NCBI RefSeq assembly: GCF_018384055.1
Contig: NZ_JAHAZL010000056.1
Source: Treponema sp.
Lineage (GTDB): Bacteria; Spirochaetota; Spirochaetia; Treponematales; Treponemataceae
Strand: one strand, 5' to 3'
Length of the DNA: 64,000 bases
Below the pieces are notes generated by a model. It was given only the letters and a program-made list of their open reading frames with translations. It was not told where the DNA came from and searched no databases. The first letter of the stretch is position 1. Each line of letters opens with the position of its first letter. Of this stretch, positions 1 through 9,900 are shown piece after piece. The translations under genes and the position numbers were made by a program.

Positions 1-99
1 TCCCTTGACTACATGGCAGTCAAGCCCCTTTGACTTGATGTCGCTGATGAAGTCTTCAACCTTAGACTCTCCGAATCCATTCTTCAAAATAACAATCAT
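1..99 (-). CDS. aroF: N-terminus of a probable 3-deoxy-7-phosphoheptulonate (DAHP) synthase; runs off the window edge
   Basis: Hand translation MIVILKNGFGESKVEDFISDIKSKGLDCHVVKG resembles the N-terminal regulatory domain of class I-beta DAHP synthases; AGGAGA RBS upstream; only 33 codons visible. Confidence 0.5.
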   Translation of the reverse strand, partial: MIVILKNGFGESKVEDFISDIKSKGLDCHVVKG

Positions 100-132
100 T
101 TTTATCTCCTTAAGTCGCCAACAATGTGGCCA

Positions 133-1407
133 TTAGTTCTCAAGTGCATTCTTAAGGTCTGCAATGAGATCGTTTACATTTTCAACGCCTACAGAAAGAC
201 GGATCATGTCCGGGCTAACACCACAGTCAATGAGTTCCTGATCCGAAAGCTGGCGGTGTGTTGCGCTGGCAGGATGAAGTACGCATGTACGGCTGTCTGC
301 AACATGTGTAGCAATCATACCAATTTTAAGCTTGCCCATAAAGTCCTCGGCAGCTTTTCTTCCTCCCTTTACGCCGAAACTGATAACGCCACAGGTTCCC
401 TTAGGCATGTACTTCTTTGCAAGTTCGTAGTATTTGTCGCCTTCAAGGCCTGGGTAATTAACCCATTCAACCTTTGGATGATTTTTGAGGAACTTTGCAA
501 TGGCTGTAGCATTGGCTACATGTCGTTCAACCCTCAATGGAAGCGATTCAAGGCCGAGGTTAAGGAAATATGCGTTCATTGGGGCCTGAATGCAGCCAAA
601 GTCACGCATAAGCTGGGCTGTACACTTTGTAATGAAAGCGCCGGTCTGTCCGAATTTTTCAGCATAAGTGATTCCGTGGTAACTTTCATCTGGAGTACAA
701 AGGCCAGGGAACTTGTCCTTGTGTGCCATCCAGTCAAACTTACCGCTGTCTACGATACAGCCGCCTACAGTTGCATCGTGTCCGTCCATATACTTTGTTG
801 TCGAATGGGTAACGATGTCTGCCCCCCATTCAAATGGACGGCAGTTAACTGGAGTTGCAAAAGTATTGTCTACAACGAGTGGAACACCGTGGCTGTGGGC
901 TGCCTTTGCAAACTTTTCAAAGTCAAAGATTACAAGGGATGGATTTGCAATTGTTTCGCCGAAAACAGCCTTTGTGTTTGGCTTGAAGGCTGCATTGAGT
1001 TCTTCTTCAGTACATTCTGGGCTTACAAAAGTAAAATCTATGCCCATCTTGCGCATCGTCACATTGAAAAGGTTGAATGTTCCGCCATAAATTGAAGAAG
1101 AGGCAACAACATGGTCACCTGCAGAAGCAATGTTGAAAATGGCAAAAAGGTTTGCTGCCTGACCTGAAGATGTAAGCATTGCTGCCGATCCGCCTTCAAG
1201 GGCACAGATTTTCTTTGCAACATAGTCGTTGGTTGGGTTTGCAAGTCTTGTATAAAAATAACCTTCTGCTTCAAGGTCAAAGAGTTTTCCCATGTCAGCA
1301 CTTGAATCATATTTGAAAGTAGTGCTCTGAATGATTGGAATCATGCGTGATTCACCGTTCTTTGGTTCATATCCAGCATGGATGCATTTTGTCTCGATTT
1401 CTGCCAT
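133..1407 (-). CDS. metY: O-acetylhomoserine aminocarboxypropyltransferase / cysteine synthase family (PLP)
   Basis: YTRLANPT, DNTFATP and HSTTKYMDGH (PLP lysine) motifs; start moved to MAEIETK, which has an AGGAG RBS. Confidence 0.9.
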   Translation of the reverse strand: MAEIETKCIHAGYEPKNGESRMIPIIQSTTFKYDSSADMGKLFDLEAEGYFYTRLANPTNDYVAKKICALEGGSAAMLTSSGQAANLFAIFNIASAGDHVVASSSIYGGTFNLFNVTMRKMGIDFTFVSPECTEEELNAAFKPNTKAVFGETIANPSLVIFDFEKFAKAAHSHGVPLVVDNTFATPVNCRPFEWGADIVTHSTTKYMDGHDATVGGCIVDSGKFDWMAHKDKFPGLCTPDESYHGITYAEKFGQTGAFITKCTAQLMRDFGCIQAPMNAYFLNLGLESLPLRVERHVANATAIAKFLKNHPKVEWVNYPGLEGDKYYELAKKYMPKGTCGVISFGVKGGRKAAEDFMGKLKIGMIATHVADSRTCVLHPASATHRQLSDQELIDCGVSPDMIRLSVGVENVNDLIADLKNALEN

Positions 1408-1490
1408 TTTTGTACTCCTAAAATGAAAATTGATGATTTTAAATATATACAATCAACTGTTAGCAGTGAATTATTATATAGTTATATGCA

Positions 1491-1511
1491 GCTATAGCTA
1501 AATTCTATAAC
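1491..1511. promoter_or_regulatory. LysR-type palindrome TATAG-N7-CTATA upstream of metY
   Basis: gcTATAGctaaattCTATAac; resembles the streptococcal MetR/MtaR box. Confidence 0.4.
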
Positions 1512-1522
1512 CACACGTGGAA

Positions 1523-3475
1523 TTATTGGGCAACCATGAATTCCACCTGAAGTTCAGGTAGATTTATCCTGCTTACCTTGACCTTTACAGTCTGGTTGAG
1601 TTCTACACCGCCCGGAACATCAAAGAAGGCTTCCTGTGCAAGTTCCGGAATGCAGAACTGAGGAAGTTTTCCTTCGGCATGGGAAACGCAAACAGCATCC
1701 CCCGTCCATTCAGGATTCTGGAGAAGATAAACCAAAGTCCAGTGAAGGTTGCTGTTGCGTTCTGACTTACGGGCTGCCATGGCACCTGCATCTCCTTCAG
1801 AAATGCGCATGAGCATGGTATCCTTGTCCAGCAACTTGCGCCCGTCAATAAAGGCCCTCAGCTGCTGGTGGGAAATAAGGTCTCCGTAGCGGCGCAAAGG
1901 GCTTGTTACCTGACTGTACATGTGGAGTCCAAGTCCACAGTGCATGCCTGGTGTAACGCCGACAGAACGCTTCCTCATGCATCTTCTCAGCCTGAACTGA
2001 CCTGCAAGGCCTTCAGGAATTTCATCAGGAATCTGAGGTTCTTCCTGGCTTACATAAGGGAACGGAATGTTGTTCTGGAAGGCAAACTTTGCGGCCCCTT
2101 CCCCGGCAAGGAGCATAAGCTCACGGATCATTTCGTTGCTTTCATATTTTTCGTCTTTTACAACGGAAACTTTCTTTGTTTCCCTGTCAACATAGATATG
2201 AACTTCCGGCATGGTAATCTGAACAGCACCAGCCTTGTTTCTTTTGTCCACATTCTTTCTTGCAATTTCAAAAAGAGGCTTTAATTCAGGTGATTCCTTA
2301 AGTTCTTCTGCCTTCCTGTAGGAAAGCCTCTTTACATCAACAACAGTTTTCATTACGGCACATTCAAGGACATTGGCATCATCATCAAGAAGGAGACGGA
2401 ATGAAAGGGCATTGCTTTTTTCTTTCAAGCCCAAGGCGTAGTCTTCAAGAGCATCTTCACAAAGCATGCGGGCAGCCCCTTCAGGAATGTACAGGGTTGC
2501 ACCTCGTTCCCTTGCAGCTTTATCTATGGAAGAATCAGGGATTACGGTGCTTGCAGGATCTGCAATGTGAACCCAGTAATATTTTCCGTCATAGGCAACG
2601 GCATCATCGGGGTCGGCAGAATTTTCAGCATCAATGGCATAGCTTACACCAGGCACTTCATAGCGCTCTTCCTGTGGAGGGGAAGCAAGGGATTCCGAAG
2701 CACTCTTCATGGAAAGCCCCCAGCGGACTGGATAAGGATTCCTTGTAATGTCCCAGACACCTGTATCAAGCAAAAGCTTATGGGCCTTTTCCACAGTTTC
2801 CTTTATGCCTGCATCGTGCATGGTGCGGCTCTTGTCTGTTTTTCCAAGGGCAAGGGCTTCAACATCACCCATGTAAATAGAATCTTCAGGAAGAAGGGAG
2901 TTGGCCTTAAGTCGTTCAAGGAAAGCAGCACGAAGTTCAGCTTCCTTCCCCTTTGCATCGGCTTTTTTCACAAGGGAATCTATTTCTTTCTGGGAACGGA
3001 GGGTAAAAACAAGTTTTCCGTTCATCTGTTCTTTAAGATTCTGATTGAACCAAACGGTATTTTTAAGGGCACAGAACATTCCCCAGCTTTCATCAGCAGT
3101 CATTTTATCATGGAAAAGAGAAACAAGTTCTTCGAATTCAAAGGAAGTGCCTTTTGTTTCATCATCGGAAGCAAGTAGTTCATAGCAATCCTTTACCTGG
3201 AGCCCTATTTCATTCTTGTCTTCAAGATTATAAAGGTTTTCAACAAGGGGACATTTTTCTTCCGCAAAGGAAAGCACATTGGCAAGGGAAGAACATGGAC
3301 CTTCATGGAGAAGAATCATGTCTTTTTCACGGACATTCTGTTCACCATACACAGCACCTTTTGTAGCTGTTGCAGGCGTACTCTGAAACTTGACCGTATA
3401 TTTTGCATTTTCGAGAACGGCAGATATTACCGCAGGGGAATTCTTATAAATAACAACTGAATTAACTTTAAGCAT
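1523..3475 (-). CDS. RNB-domain exoribonuclease (RNase II/R family)
   Basis: IDAENSADPDDA acidic catalytic motif, VHIAD, TSPLRRYGDL. Confidence 0.9.
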   Translation of the reverse strand: MLKVNSVVIYKNSPAVISAVLENAKYTVKFQSTPATATKGAVYGEQNVREKDMILLHEGPCSSLANVLSFAEEKCPLVENLYNLEDKNEIGLQVKDCYELLASDDETKGTSFEFEELVSLFHDKMTADESWGMFCALKNTVWFNQNLKEQMNGKLVFTLRSQKEIDSLVKKADAKGKEAELRAAFLERLKANSLLPEDSIYMGDVEALALGKTDKSRTMHDAGIKETVEKAHKLLLDTGVWDITRNPYPVRWGLSMKSASESLASPPQEERYEVPGVSYAIDAENSADPDDAVAYDGKYYWVHIADPASTVIPDSSIDKAARERGATLYIPEGAARMLCEDALEDYALGLKEKSNALSFRLLLDDDANVLECAVMKTVVDVKRLSYRKAEELKESPELKPLFEIARKNVDKRNKAGAVQITMPEVHIYVDRETKKVSVVKDEKYESNEMIRELMLLAGEGAAKFAFQNNIPFPYVSQEEPQIPDEIPEGLAGQFRLRRCMRKRSVGVTPGMHCGLGLHMYSQVTSPLRRYGDLISHQQLRAFIDGRKLLDKDTMLMRISEGDAGAMAARKSERNSNLHWTLVYLLQNPEWTGDAVCVSHAEGKLPQFCIPELAQEAFFDVPGGVELNQTVKVKVSRINLPELQVEFMVAQ

Positions 3476-3501
3476 AAAAATATTTTAACTGAAAAAAGCA
3501 T

Positions 3502-3536
3502 AAAAAAAAAGCACCGCCAGAATTAACTGACGATGC
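3502..3536 (-). terminator. Intrinsic terminator of the ABC ATPase gene
   Basis: GCATCGTCAG-loop-CTGGCGGTGC followed by T9 on the minus strand. Confidence 0.75.
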
Positions 3537-3587
3537 CTTTCGGTATCAAAAAATAGTATTGAACTGACTGCCTAGACAGCCATCAAC

Positions 3588-4793
3588 TTATTTCTTGATT
3601 TCTGAACCGATAGCTACCTTGTAACCAACTTCGCCTGTGATAGCGTTCTTGAGCCAAGGAGCAGAAATCTTGTCCTTTTCACAGATGTTGATTTCCTTTG
3701 AAAGATCTTCTGAATCCTTAACAAAGAACTTACATCTGTCCATTGCTGGAACGAAGTTTACAGTTTCACCAATCTTGAAGTCTCCCTTAGAAGATGCAAG
3801 AACACGAGCAACAACACTCTGATTCTTAGAAGCAAGGAAGAGGTGTGTTTCAGCACCGAGAGGTTCCTTGTTAGAAACCTTCATCTGCATGTTGTTTTCA
3901 GCTGCTGGAGCTTCTGCGTATGTAAGGTCTTCAGGGCGTACACCGAAGTATACTTCCTTTCCTACATATTCAGAGAGGTACTTCTGCTGTTCTGCTGTTG
4001 GAACGAGTGTGAATGTTCCTTCATCAACAACAACCTTGTCGCCTTCCTTCTTAACAGCCACTGTCATGAAATTCATTGGAGGTGTACCAATGAAGCCAGC
4101 AACGAACTTGTTGATTGGGTGGTTGTACAAGTAAAGTGGTTCACCGATCTGCTGAACGTGACCGTCCTTCATAACAACAATCTTTGTACCCATTGTCATA
4201 GCTTCGATCTGGTCGTGTGTAACGTAGATCATTGTAGCCTGAAGTCTCTGGTGCAAAGCTGAGATTTCACCACGCATTGAAACGCGGAGTTTAGCATCAA
4301 GGTTAGAAAGTGGTTCGTCGAACAAGAATACTTTAGGGTTACGAACGATTGCGCGTCCTACTGCAACACGCTGTCTCTGTCCACCGGAAAGTGCCTTTGG
4401 TTTGCGGTCGAGGTACTGAGTAAGTCCAAGGCTAACTGCTGCTTCATCAACACGACGCTGGATTTCTCCCTTGTCCATTTTGCGGATCTTGAGACCGAAA
4501 GCCATGTTGTCATAAACTGTCATGTGTGGGTAAAGAGCATAGTTCTGGAATACCATGGCGATGTTTCTGTCCTTTGGTGGAACATCGTTCATAAGGTCTC
4601 CATCAATGAGGAGTTCACCTTCAGAAATTTCTTCCAAACCTGCGATCATACGGAGAGTTGTTGACTTTCCGCATCCAGATGGACCAACGAATACACAGAA
4701 ATCGCGGTCTTCGATTACGATGTTGGCATTTTCAACAGCCTGTACGTTGCCGTCGTAAATCTTGCCAATACCTTTGAGTTCTACTTTTGCCAT
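3588..4793 (-). CDS. Stand-alone sugar ABC transporter ATPase (MalK/MsmX/UgpC family)
   Basis: Walker A GPSGCGKST, LSGGQRQRVA, DEPLSNLDAKLR, C-terminal regulatory domain; no permease adjacent. Confidence 0.92.
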   Translation of the reverse strand: MAKVELKGIGKIYDGNVQAVENANIVIEDRDFCVFVGPSGCGKSTTLRMIAGLEEISEGELLIDGDLMNDVPPKDRNIAMVFQNYALYPHMTVYDNMAFGLKIRKMDKGEIQRRVDEAAVSLGLTQYLDRKPKALSGGQRQRVAVGRAIVRNPKVFLFDEPLSNLDAKLRVSMRGEISALHQRLQATMIYVTHDQIEAMTMGTKIVVMKDGHVQQIGEPLYLYNHPINKFVAGFIGTPPMNFMTVAVKKEGDKVVVDEGTFTLVPTAEQQKYLSEYVGKEVYFGVRPEDLTYAEAPAAENNMQMKVSNKEPLGAETHLFLASKNQSVVARVLASSKGDFKIGETVNFVPAMDRCKFFVKDSEDLSKEINICEKDKISAPWLKNAITGEVGYKVAIGSEIKK

Positions 4794-4828
4794 TTTAGGC
4801 CTCCCTAAGGGTTTATATTATAGAATAC

Positions 4829-4857
4829 ATTATAAATTCAAAAAAAGCATAAGTCAA
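4829..4857 (-). promoter_or_regulatory. Sigma70-type promoter of the ABC ATPase
   Basis: TTGACT (4857-4852), 17 bp, TATAAT (4834-4829). Confidence 0.7.
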
Positions 4858-4931
4858 ACGAATTCAAAGGCAAATTCAGAAGAATTATGTTTGAATTCCA
4901 AAGGAATTTTGCAGGAATTCAGTAAAAAAAG

Positions 4932-5663
4932 CTACATTCCAAGAAAATTCCTTACAGGACTGTCCAAAAGCACGAAAACAACTGTAAAAATCACAGCCGG
5001 AAGGTAATTTGCCGTCTTGATTTTTTTAAGGCCAATGAGGTTAACGCCAATCATGCAGATGAGAACTCCCCCGCTGCCTGTAAGTTCTGCAAGCATTACG
5101 TCGGATACATAAGGCTGAACCGCAACACTCAAAAGAGTAAGGGCACCCTGATAGAGGAAGACGGCAATGGCACTGAAAGCAGTACCGATACCCATGGCTG
5201 CGGTAAAGGAAATGGCCATGAAACCGTCAAGAATGCTCTTTGTAAAAATGATGGAATAATCCTTTTCAATGCCAGCCTTGAAGGAACCAAGTATAGCCAT
5301 GGCTCCAACACAGAAAAGAACGCTGGCATTCAAAAAAGCATAGGCAAAGTTCTTGTTTGGTTCAATACAATTTTCAGAGCATGACTTCTTTTGCGGAACA
5401 AGACATTCAAGAAGCTTTCCCAGCGAAAGAATCTTGCCGTCAAGATCGATGACAGTGCCTACTATTCCCCCCGCAATTACAGCAAGAGTCAGGAAACAGA
5501 TGTTTTCATACTTGAATGCCATCTGAAGACCAATTACAAGAGTAATGAATCCAGCACCTGTCTGAATAACATCTTCCATTTTCTTGGACATGCGACCGGC
5601 AACAACAAGACCAATAATGGATCCAAAAACAATGGCTGCGCAATTGACAAAAACAGCAAGCAT
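4932..5663 (-). CDS. DUF554-family membrane protein
   Basis: Hydrophobic; FLNASVLFCVGAMAILG, TKSILDG and KTANYLPA motifs. Confidence 0.8.
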   Translation of the reverse strand: MLAVFVNCAAIVFGSIIGLVVAGRMSKKMEDVIQTGAGFITLVIGLQMAFKYENICFLTLAVIAGGIVGTVIDLDGKILSLGKLLECLVPQKKSCSENCIEPNKNFAYAFLNASVLFCVGAMAILGSFKAGIEKDYSIIFTKSILDGFMAISFTAAMGIGTAFSAIAVFLYQGALTLLSVAVQPYVSDVMLAELTGSGGVLICMIGVNLIGLKKIKTANYLPAVIFTVVFVLLDSPVRNFLGM

Positions 5664-5690
5664 AAAAACCTCGTCTAACTGATTTAAATA

Positions 5691-5723
5691 AAAAAAAAGC
5701 AGTCACTTTTCAGTAACTGCTTT
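5691..5723 (-). terminator. Intrinsic terminator after tRNA-Leu
   Basis: GCAGTTAC-TGAAAA-GTGACTGC then T-tract on the minus strand. Confidence 0.75.
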
Positions 5724-5725
5724 CG

Positions 5726-5807
5726 TGCGGAGAACCTGACTTGAACAGGCACAGCTCGCGCCACTAGCACCTCAAGCTAGCGTGTCTACCAATTCCACCA
5801 TCCCCGC
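5726..5807 (-). tRNA. tRNA-Leu(GAG); CCA not encoded
   Basis: GCGGGGATGGTGGAATTGGTAGACACGCTAGCTTGAGGTGCTAGTGGCGCGAGCTGTGCCTGTTCAAGTCAGGTTCTCCGCA: cloverleaf, long variable arm, GAG anticodon. Confidence 0.95.
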
Positions 5808-5834
5808 ATCTGCGTTTCCGCAAATCGTGGTTTC

Positions 5835-5863
5835 AATATATCAATTTGCAGGTTCAGTGTCAA
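5835..5863 (-). promoter_or_regulatory. Promoter of tRNA-Leu
   Basis: TTGACA-17bp-TATATT. Confidence 0.65.
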
Positions 5864-5905
5864 TACCATTTTAGAAAAATTCTAAAAATTTTTTAATTTT
5901 TATTT

Positions 5906-7678
5906 TTATTTGGCATCCTCTGAAACTGCAGTTGATGCTGGTTTTTCAGATGCGGCACCCGATACGGCGTCAGTTTTTTCCGGTGCTGCTTTAATCACAG
6001 TACTGCCATCCATTTCAAGAATCTTCTTTGCCTTTTTGGCATTGGCGTTCTTCCTTTTCTGACCGAATTTATAGGTTCCAGGCTTTGCAGTCTTTTCTTC
6101 TTCTTTGTTTTCTTCCTCTACTGCATCCCGGGCAATTTCTTCAACCTTGGCACGACAAGATGAATACCTGCCCTTTGCCCACATATCAAGGCCTGTCCCC
6201 TGTGTTGCAACATCAGTACTGTTAAGGTATTCGCTGCAGATTTCGGCAAATTCACCCCTGTCATACTTTGCGAATTCCTTTCCAAGAGCATACCTTAAAT
6301 CCTTCTGGTATTTTACATCACTCTTCATTGTTGAACGGGCAAGTTCAATAACTTCTTTTGTTCCAGCATTATTTTCAGCAAGCAGACATCCAGCTACCTT
6401 AGCCCTTGCTCCTACTCCAGTTTTCTTATCATCAAGAAGACTGATAAGGTAGTCATTGCCTTCAGATGTATTTAGTTTTGCAATTACTTTATAGGACTTT
6501 TCCTTTACGTTTTTAAGTTCATCCTTATCCTTGCAGCGGAAAATGAGGTATGGAACGGAATCCTTCATTTCGCGCTTTTCAACGGCTTCAATTGCTTCAA
6601 TTCGAACCTTGTACTGGGAATCCCTCAAGGCCTGAATGATGACCTTGTCTGCCTTTTCATCATTAAAATGTGAAATGCCCTTTACAACATGACAGCGGAG
6701 GTTTGGATCTGTTGATTCAAAAAGATCGACAAGAATATCCTCCCCTTCCGGTTTTTCCATGGCACCAATGGCTTCTGCCGCATACATGCGCACAAAGCTG
6801 TTTTCATCTTCATCTTTAGCAATTTCAACTACCTTGTCCCAGGTTTCAATGGCTTTGATTCTACCAAGAACCTTCATAAGAGCCTGTCGCTGAGGAACTG
6901 TAAGGTCATCACGGTCAAGATAATCTGCAAGGAATTCAGCTTCTTCCCTTTCACCAAGATCGCCAAGGGCCGTAAGGGCACCGGTAAAATATTCTTCCTC
7001 TTCTTTGTCCACAAGATCAACAAGCCCTGGAACAGATTCCTTAATCTGAGCTTCAGAAACATACTTGAAGCAGCGGTCTACAGTTTCTCTTCTTGTATCA
7101 TAAGGATCATTGATTACTTCACAGGCATAGTCCCCAAGGCATGGATCCTTGAGCTTTGTAAAGTATTCGATGACTTTGTCCTTAACTGCTGCATCTTTTG
7201 TTTCATAGAACAAGTCATAAATCTGATCAACAAACCTGTGGTCTTCATTTTTCGTAAGTTCATCAATAAGGCTGCTGATCTGACTTTCAAGGCCATACTT
7301 GAATACGGCGTTACTTTCCTCTTCATAATTGTCCGATTTATCCAGATAGTCATTCTTTGAATCATGTTTTGTCGGACGCTTTTTTGAAGCAACATTCTTT
7401 TCTTTTGTGTACTTGTACTTAGGCTTTTCTTCCTTTTTATTTTTTGATTCATTGTAAGCCTTAAGTACTTCACCTTCTGTATCCTCCAGGGAATCTTCGA
7501 CAAAAGATGAAACAACATCAGCTTCATCTTCAAGACCATCAAAGGAATGGGAAACGGCATCAACAACAGCCTCTGCCGTTTCAGTCACATTTTCAATGAC
7601 AGCTGCCGTCTCCTGAGAAAAAAGATTGGCAGAGGAAAAAAATATACCAGCGGATACTAAAGCTATGATTTTTTTCAT
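5906..7678 (-). CDS. Exported HEAT-repeat protein
   Basis: Signal peptide MKKIIALVSAGIFFSSANLFS; repeated VRxxAAEAIG / VRIEAIEA helical units. Confidence 0.75.
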   Translation of the reverse strand: MKKIIALVSAGIFFSSANLFSQETAAVIENVTETAEAVVDAVSHSFDGLEDEADVVSSFVEDSLEDTEGEVLKAYNESKNKKEEKPKYKYTKEKNVASKKRPTKHDSKNDYLDKSDNYEEESNAVFKYGLESQISSLIDELTKNEDHRFVDQIYDLFYETKDAAVKDKVIEYFTKLKDPCLGDYACEVINDPYDTRRETVDRCFKYVSEAQIKESVPGLVDLVDKEEEEYFTGALTALGDLGEREEAEFLADYLDRDDLTVPQRQALMKVLGRIKAIETWDKVVEIAKDEDENSFVRMYAAEAIGAMEKPEGEDILVDLFESTDPNLRCHVVKGISHFNDEKADKVIIQALRDSQYKVRIEAIEAVEKREMKDSVPYLIFRCKDKDELKNVKEKSYKVIAKLNTSEGNDYLISLLDDKKTGVGARAKVAGCLLAENNAGTKEVIELARSTMKSDVKYQKDLRYALGKEFAKYDRGEFAEICSEYLNSTDVATQGTGLDMWAKGRYSSCRAKVEEIARDAVEEENKEEEKTAKPGTYKFGQKRKNANAKKAKKILEMDGSTVIKAAPEKTDAVSGAASEKPASTAVSEDAK

Positions 7679-7680
7679 GT

Positions 7681-8817
7681 TTACACCTCTCCAGAATGGA
7701 AATTGTCAAGAAAGTTTTTTCTATATTCTTCAAATCTGTCTTCGTTTATTGCATCACGAATTTCATGAATCATGTTGTGGAGGAAATAAAGGTTGTGGTA
7801 GCTGGCAAGCATTGACGAAAGAATTTCCTGCTCACGGAAAATATGACGCAGGTAAGCACGGGAATATGATGTACATACCTTGCATTTGCATTCAGGATCT
7901 ATGCAGCCAAAATCACGTTCATAGCGGGCCTGCTTGATTGAAACCATTCCTTTTTTTGTAAAATAAAGTCCATGGCGGGCAATGCGGGTCGGCTGAACGC
8001 AGTCAAACATGTCGATTCCATTGGCAACAGCTTCAAGAATGTATTCAGGAGTACCGATTCCCATTACATAACGAGGTTTACTGCGGGAAAGAAACTGAAC
8101 TGTATACTGGAGCTTTTCTTTATAAACTTCAGCAGGTTCTCCTACACTCAAACCACCTATGGCAAGACCGGGTGTACCAAGGGAATCAACGAACTGGGCA
8201 CTTTCTTTTCTTAAGTCATCAAAAAAGTTTCCCTGAACGATAGGGAAAAGGATCCCCTTGTAACCGCTATCCTGATGGATAGTCCACTCTGCAATGGCTC
8301 TTTCTGCCCACTGGGAAGAAAGTCTCAATGCCCTTTCAGCTTCGGGACGTCCAACGCCAAACCCTGAGCAAACATCAAGCTGCATCTGGATGTCGCTGTT
8401 AAGTTTTACCTGTGTCTGAACAACATTTTCAGGAGTAAAAAAATGCTTGCTGCCGTCTATGTCGCTCCGAAATTCAATACCTTCGTTCTTGATCTTCCTC
8501 AATTTTGAAAGGGACCAAACCTGAAAGCCTCCCGAATCCGTAAGGAAATTCCTGTTCCATTGTGTAAATCCGTGGAGTCCGCCTGCTTCCTTTACAAGGT
8601 CAGCACCAGGGCGAAGATACATGTGGTATGTATTTGCAAGAATTATTTCAAAACCGATTTCTTCAAGATCATCCTTCGTAAGGGCTTTAACAGTTCCTTT
8701 AGTTCCTACAGGCATGAAAACAGGAGTCTGAACATCTCCGTGGGGAAGATGCATTACTCCGGTACGGGCAAGAGAATTTTTGTTTACGTGGTGAACTTCA
8801 AAAAAATTTTCAATCAT
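7681..8817 (-). CDS. tgt: Queuine tRNA-ribosyltransferase
   Basis: TPVFMPVGT, TDSGGFQ, GGLSVGE, DMFDCV, CxCxxC zinc site. Confidence 0.96.
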   Translation of the reverse strand: MIENFFEVHHVNKNSLARTGVMHLPHGDVQTPVFMPVGTKGTVKALTKDDLEEIGFEIILANTYHMYLRPGADLVKEAGGLHGFTQWNRNFLTDSGGFQVWSLSKLRKIKNEGIEFRSDIDGSKHFFTPENVVQTQVKLNSDIQMQLDVCSGFGVGRPEAERALRLSSQWAERAIAEWTIHQDSGYKGILFPIVQGNFFDDLRKESAQFVDSLGTPGLAIGGLSVGEPAEVYKEKLQYTVQFLSRSKPRYVMGIGTPEYILEAVANGIDMFDCVQPTRIARHGLYFTKKGMVSIKQARYERDFGCIDPECKCKVCTSYSRAYLRHIFREQEILSSMLASYHNLYFLHNMIHEIRDAINEDRFEEYRKNFLDNFHSGEV

Positions 8818-8829
8818 ATATATTCCTAA

Positions 8830-9900
8830 TCAAGTTTTTGCATATTTCAACAAGAAGCTGCTTATGATTATAAACAGCATTACAGGAAACCAGGCACCAA
8901 ACAAAGGAGGAATTGCCTGGAATTTTGCCATAAGCATGGTAACCATCTGGGTTACATAAAAGAGAACTACAGCCGTAATACTCAATGCAAGGCTAACAAT
9001 AAGAACATTCTTTCTGGTCTTTCCGCTAAGTCCAACAGCAAGGAAAACAACAATGAATACAACAAAAGGGAAAGAATACTTTTTGTAGTACACGGATTTT
9101 TCTTCTGCACTGGGCAACCCCGCCTTTTCAAGATGCTCTATGTATTCCCTGGCTTGCCTTGTATTTACTTCCTCAACGGAAATGGTATTGTTTCTAAAAG
9201 TCTCCGGAGGTTCTATAAAAACATCAAGAAGTTCTTCTTCAACATCAACCATTACAACACCATCCGTCGAATTCTTATATTCAACAGGGTTTGAAAGAAC
9301 CCATTTGCCATCAATCCAAGAAGCATTTTCTGCATAAAGCAAGGCCCGAAGATTTTTCTCATTGTCACGCACAATAAAATAAGTCGAATAAAGCCTCTTC
9401 ACAGCATCGTCATAAAAGTCGGCCTTATAAATGATTTTACCTTCATCGGCCATAATGACAATCCTGTTGTTGTTGAGGGATTTTTCTTTTTGAAGAACAG
9501 AATCCTGCATATGAACTTTTTTTGTATATGTTGGAACTACAACATAATCTTCAAAGAAGAACATAACGAAACTCATACAAACTGCAATGAGCAGGAGCGG
9601 AATGGTAAATCTGAAAAGAGAAATGCCGGAAGCAAAAATTGCAAGCAATTCATTACGGGCATAAAAATCACTTAGCATGTAGGCCGTTGCAAAAAGCATT
9701 GCAATGGGAATGGAATACCAGATTGTCTTTGGAATATAGTACAGAATGATAAGCCCTACATTTTTAAAGGCAACTCCCTTTGAAATGTAGTTCCAAAGAT
9801 TCATGAAAAGATCCGTAAGGCACAGAACAAGAACAAAAAACAAAAGGGCCCCAAGGAAAATCGGAAAAAAACTTTTCAGCATGTAAGTGATGATTTTCAT
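8830..9900 (-). CDS. lptG: LptF/LptG-family permease
   Basis: NELLAIFASGIS motif, multi-TM with central periplasmic domain; tandem with paralogue. Confidence 0.75.
   Translation of the reverse strand: MKIITYMLKSFFPIFLGALLFFVLVLCLTDLFMNLWNYISKGVAFKNVGLIILYYIPKTIWYSIPIAMLFATAYMLSDFYARNELLAIFASGISLFRFTIPLLLIAVCMSFVMFFFEDYVVVPTYTKKVHMQDSVLQKEKSLNNNRIVIMADEGKIIYKADFYDDAVKRLYSTYFIVRDNEKNLRALLYAENASWIDGKWVLSNPVEYKNSTDGVVMVDVEEELLDVFIEPPETFRNNTISVEEVNTRQAREYIEHLEKAGLPSAEEKSVYYKKYSFPFVVFIVVFLAVGLSGKTRKNVLIVSLALSITAVVLFYVTQMVTMLMAKFQAIPPLFGAWFPVMLFIIISSFLLKYAKT

Noticed and set aside
124..1095. 323-aa plus-strand ORF
   Set aside because: Antisense shadow of metY with no recognisable motif; the same applies to long antisense ORFs over pnp, infB, clpC and the activase
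5726..5906. tRNA-Leu as an integration site
   Set aside because: No integrase nearby and no duplicate of the tRNA 3' end noticed in the window
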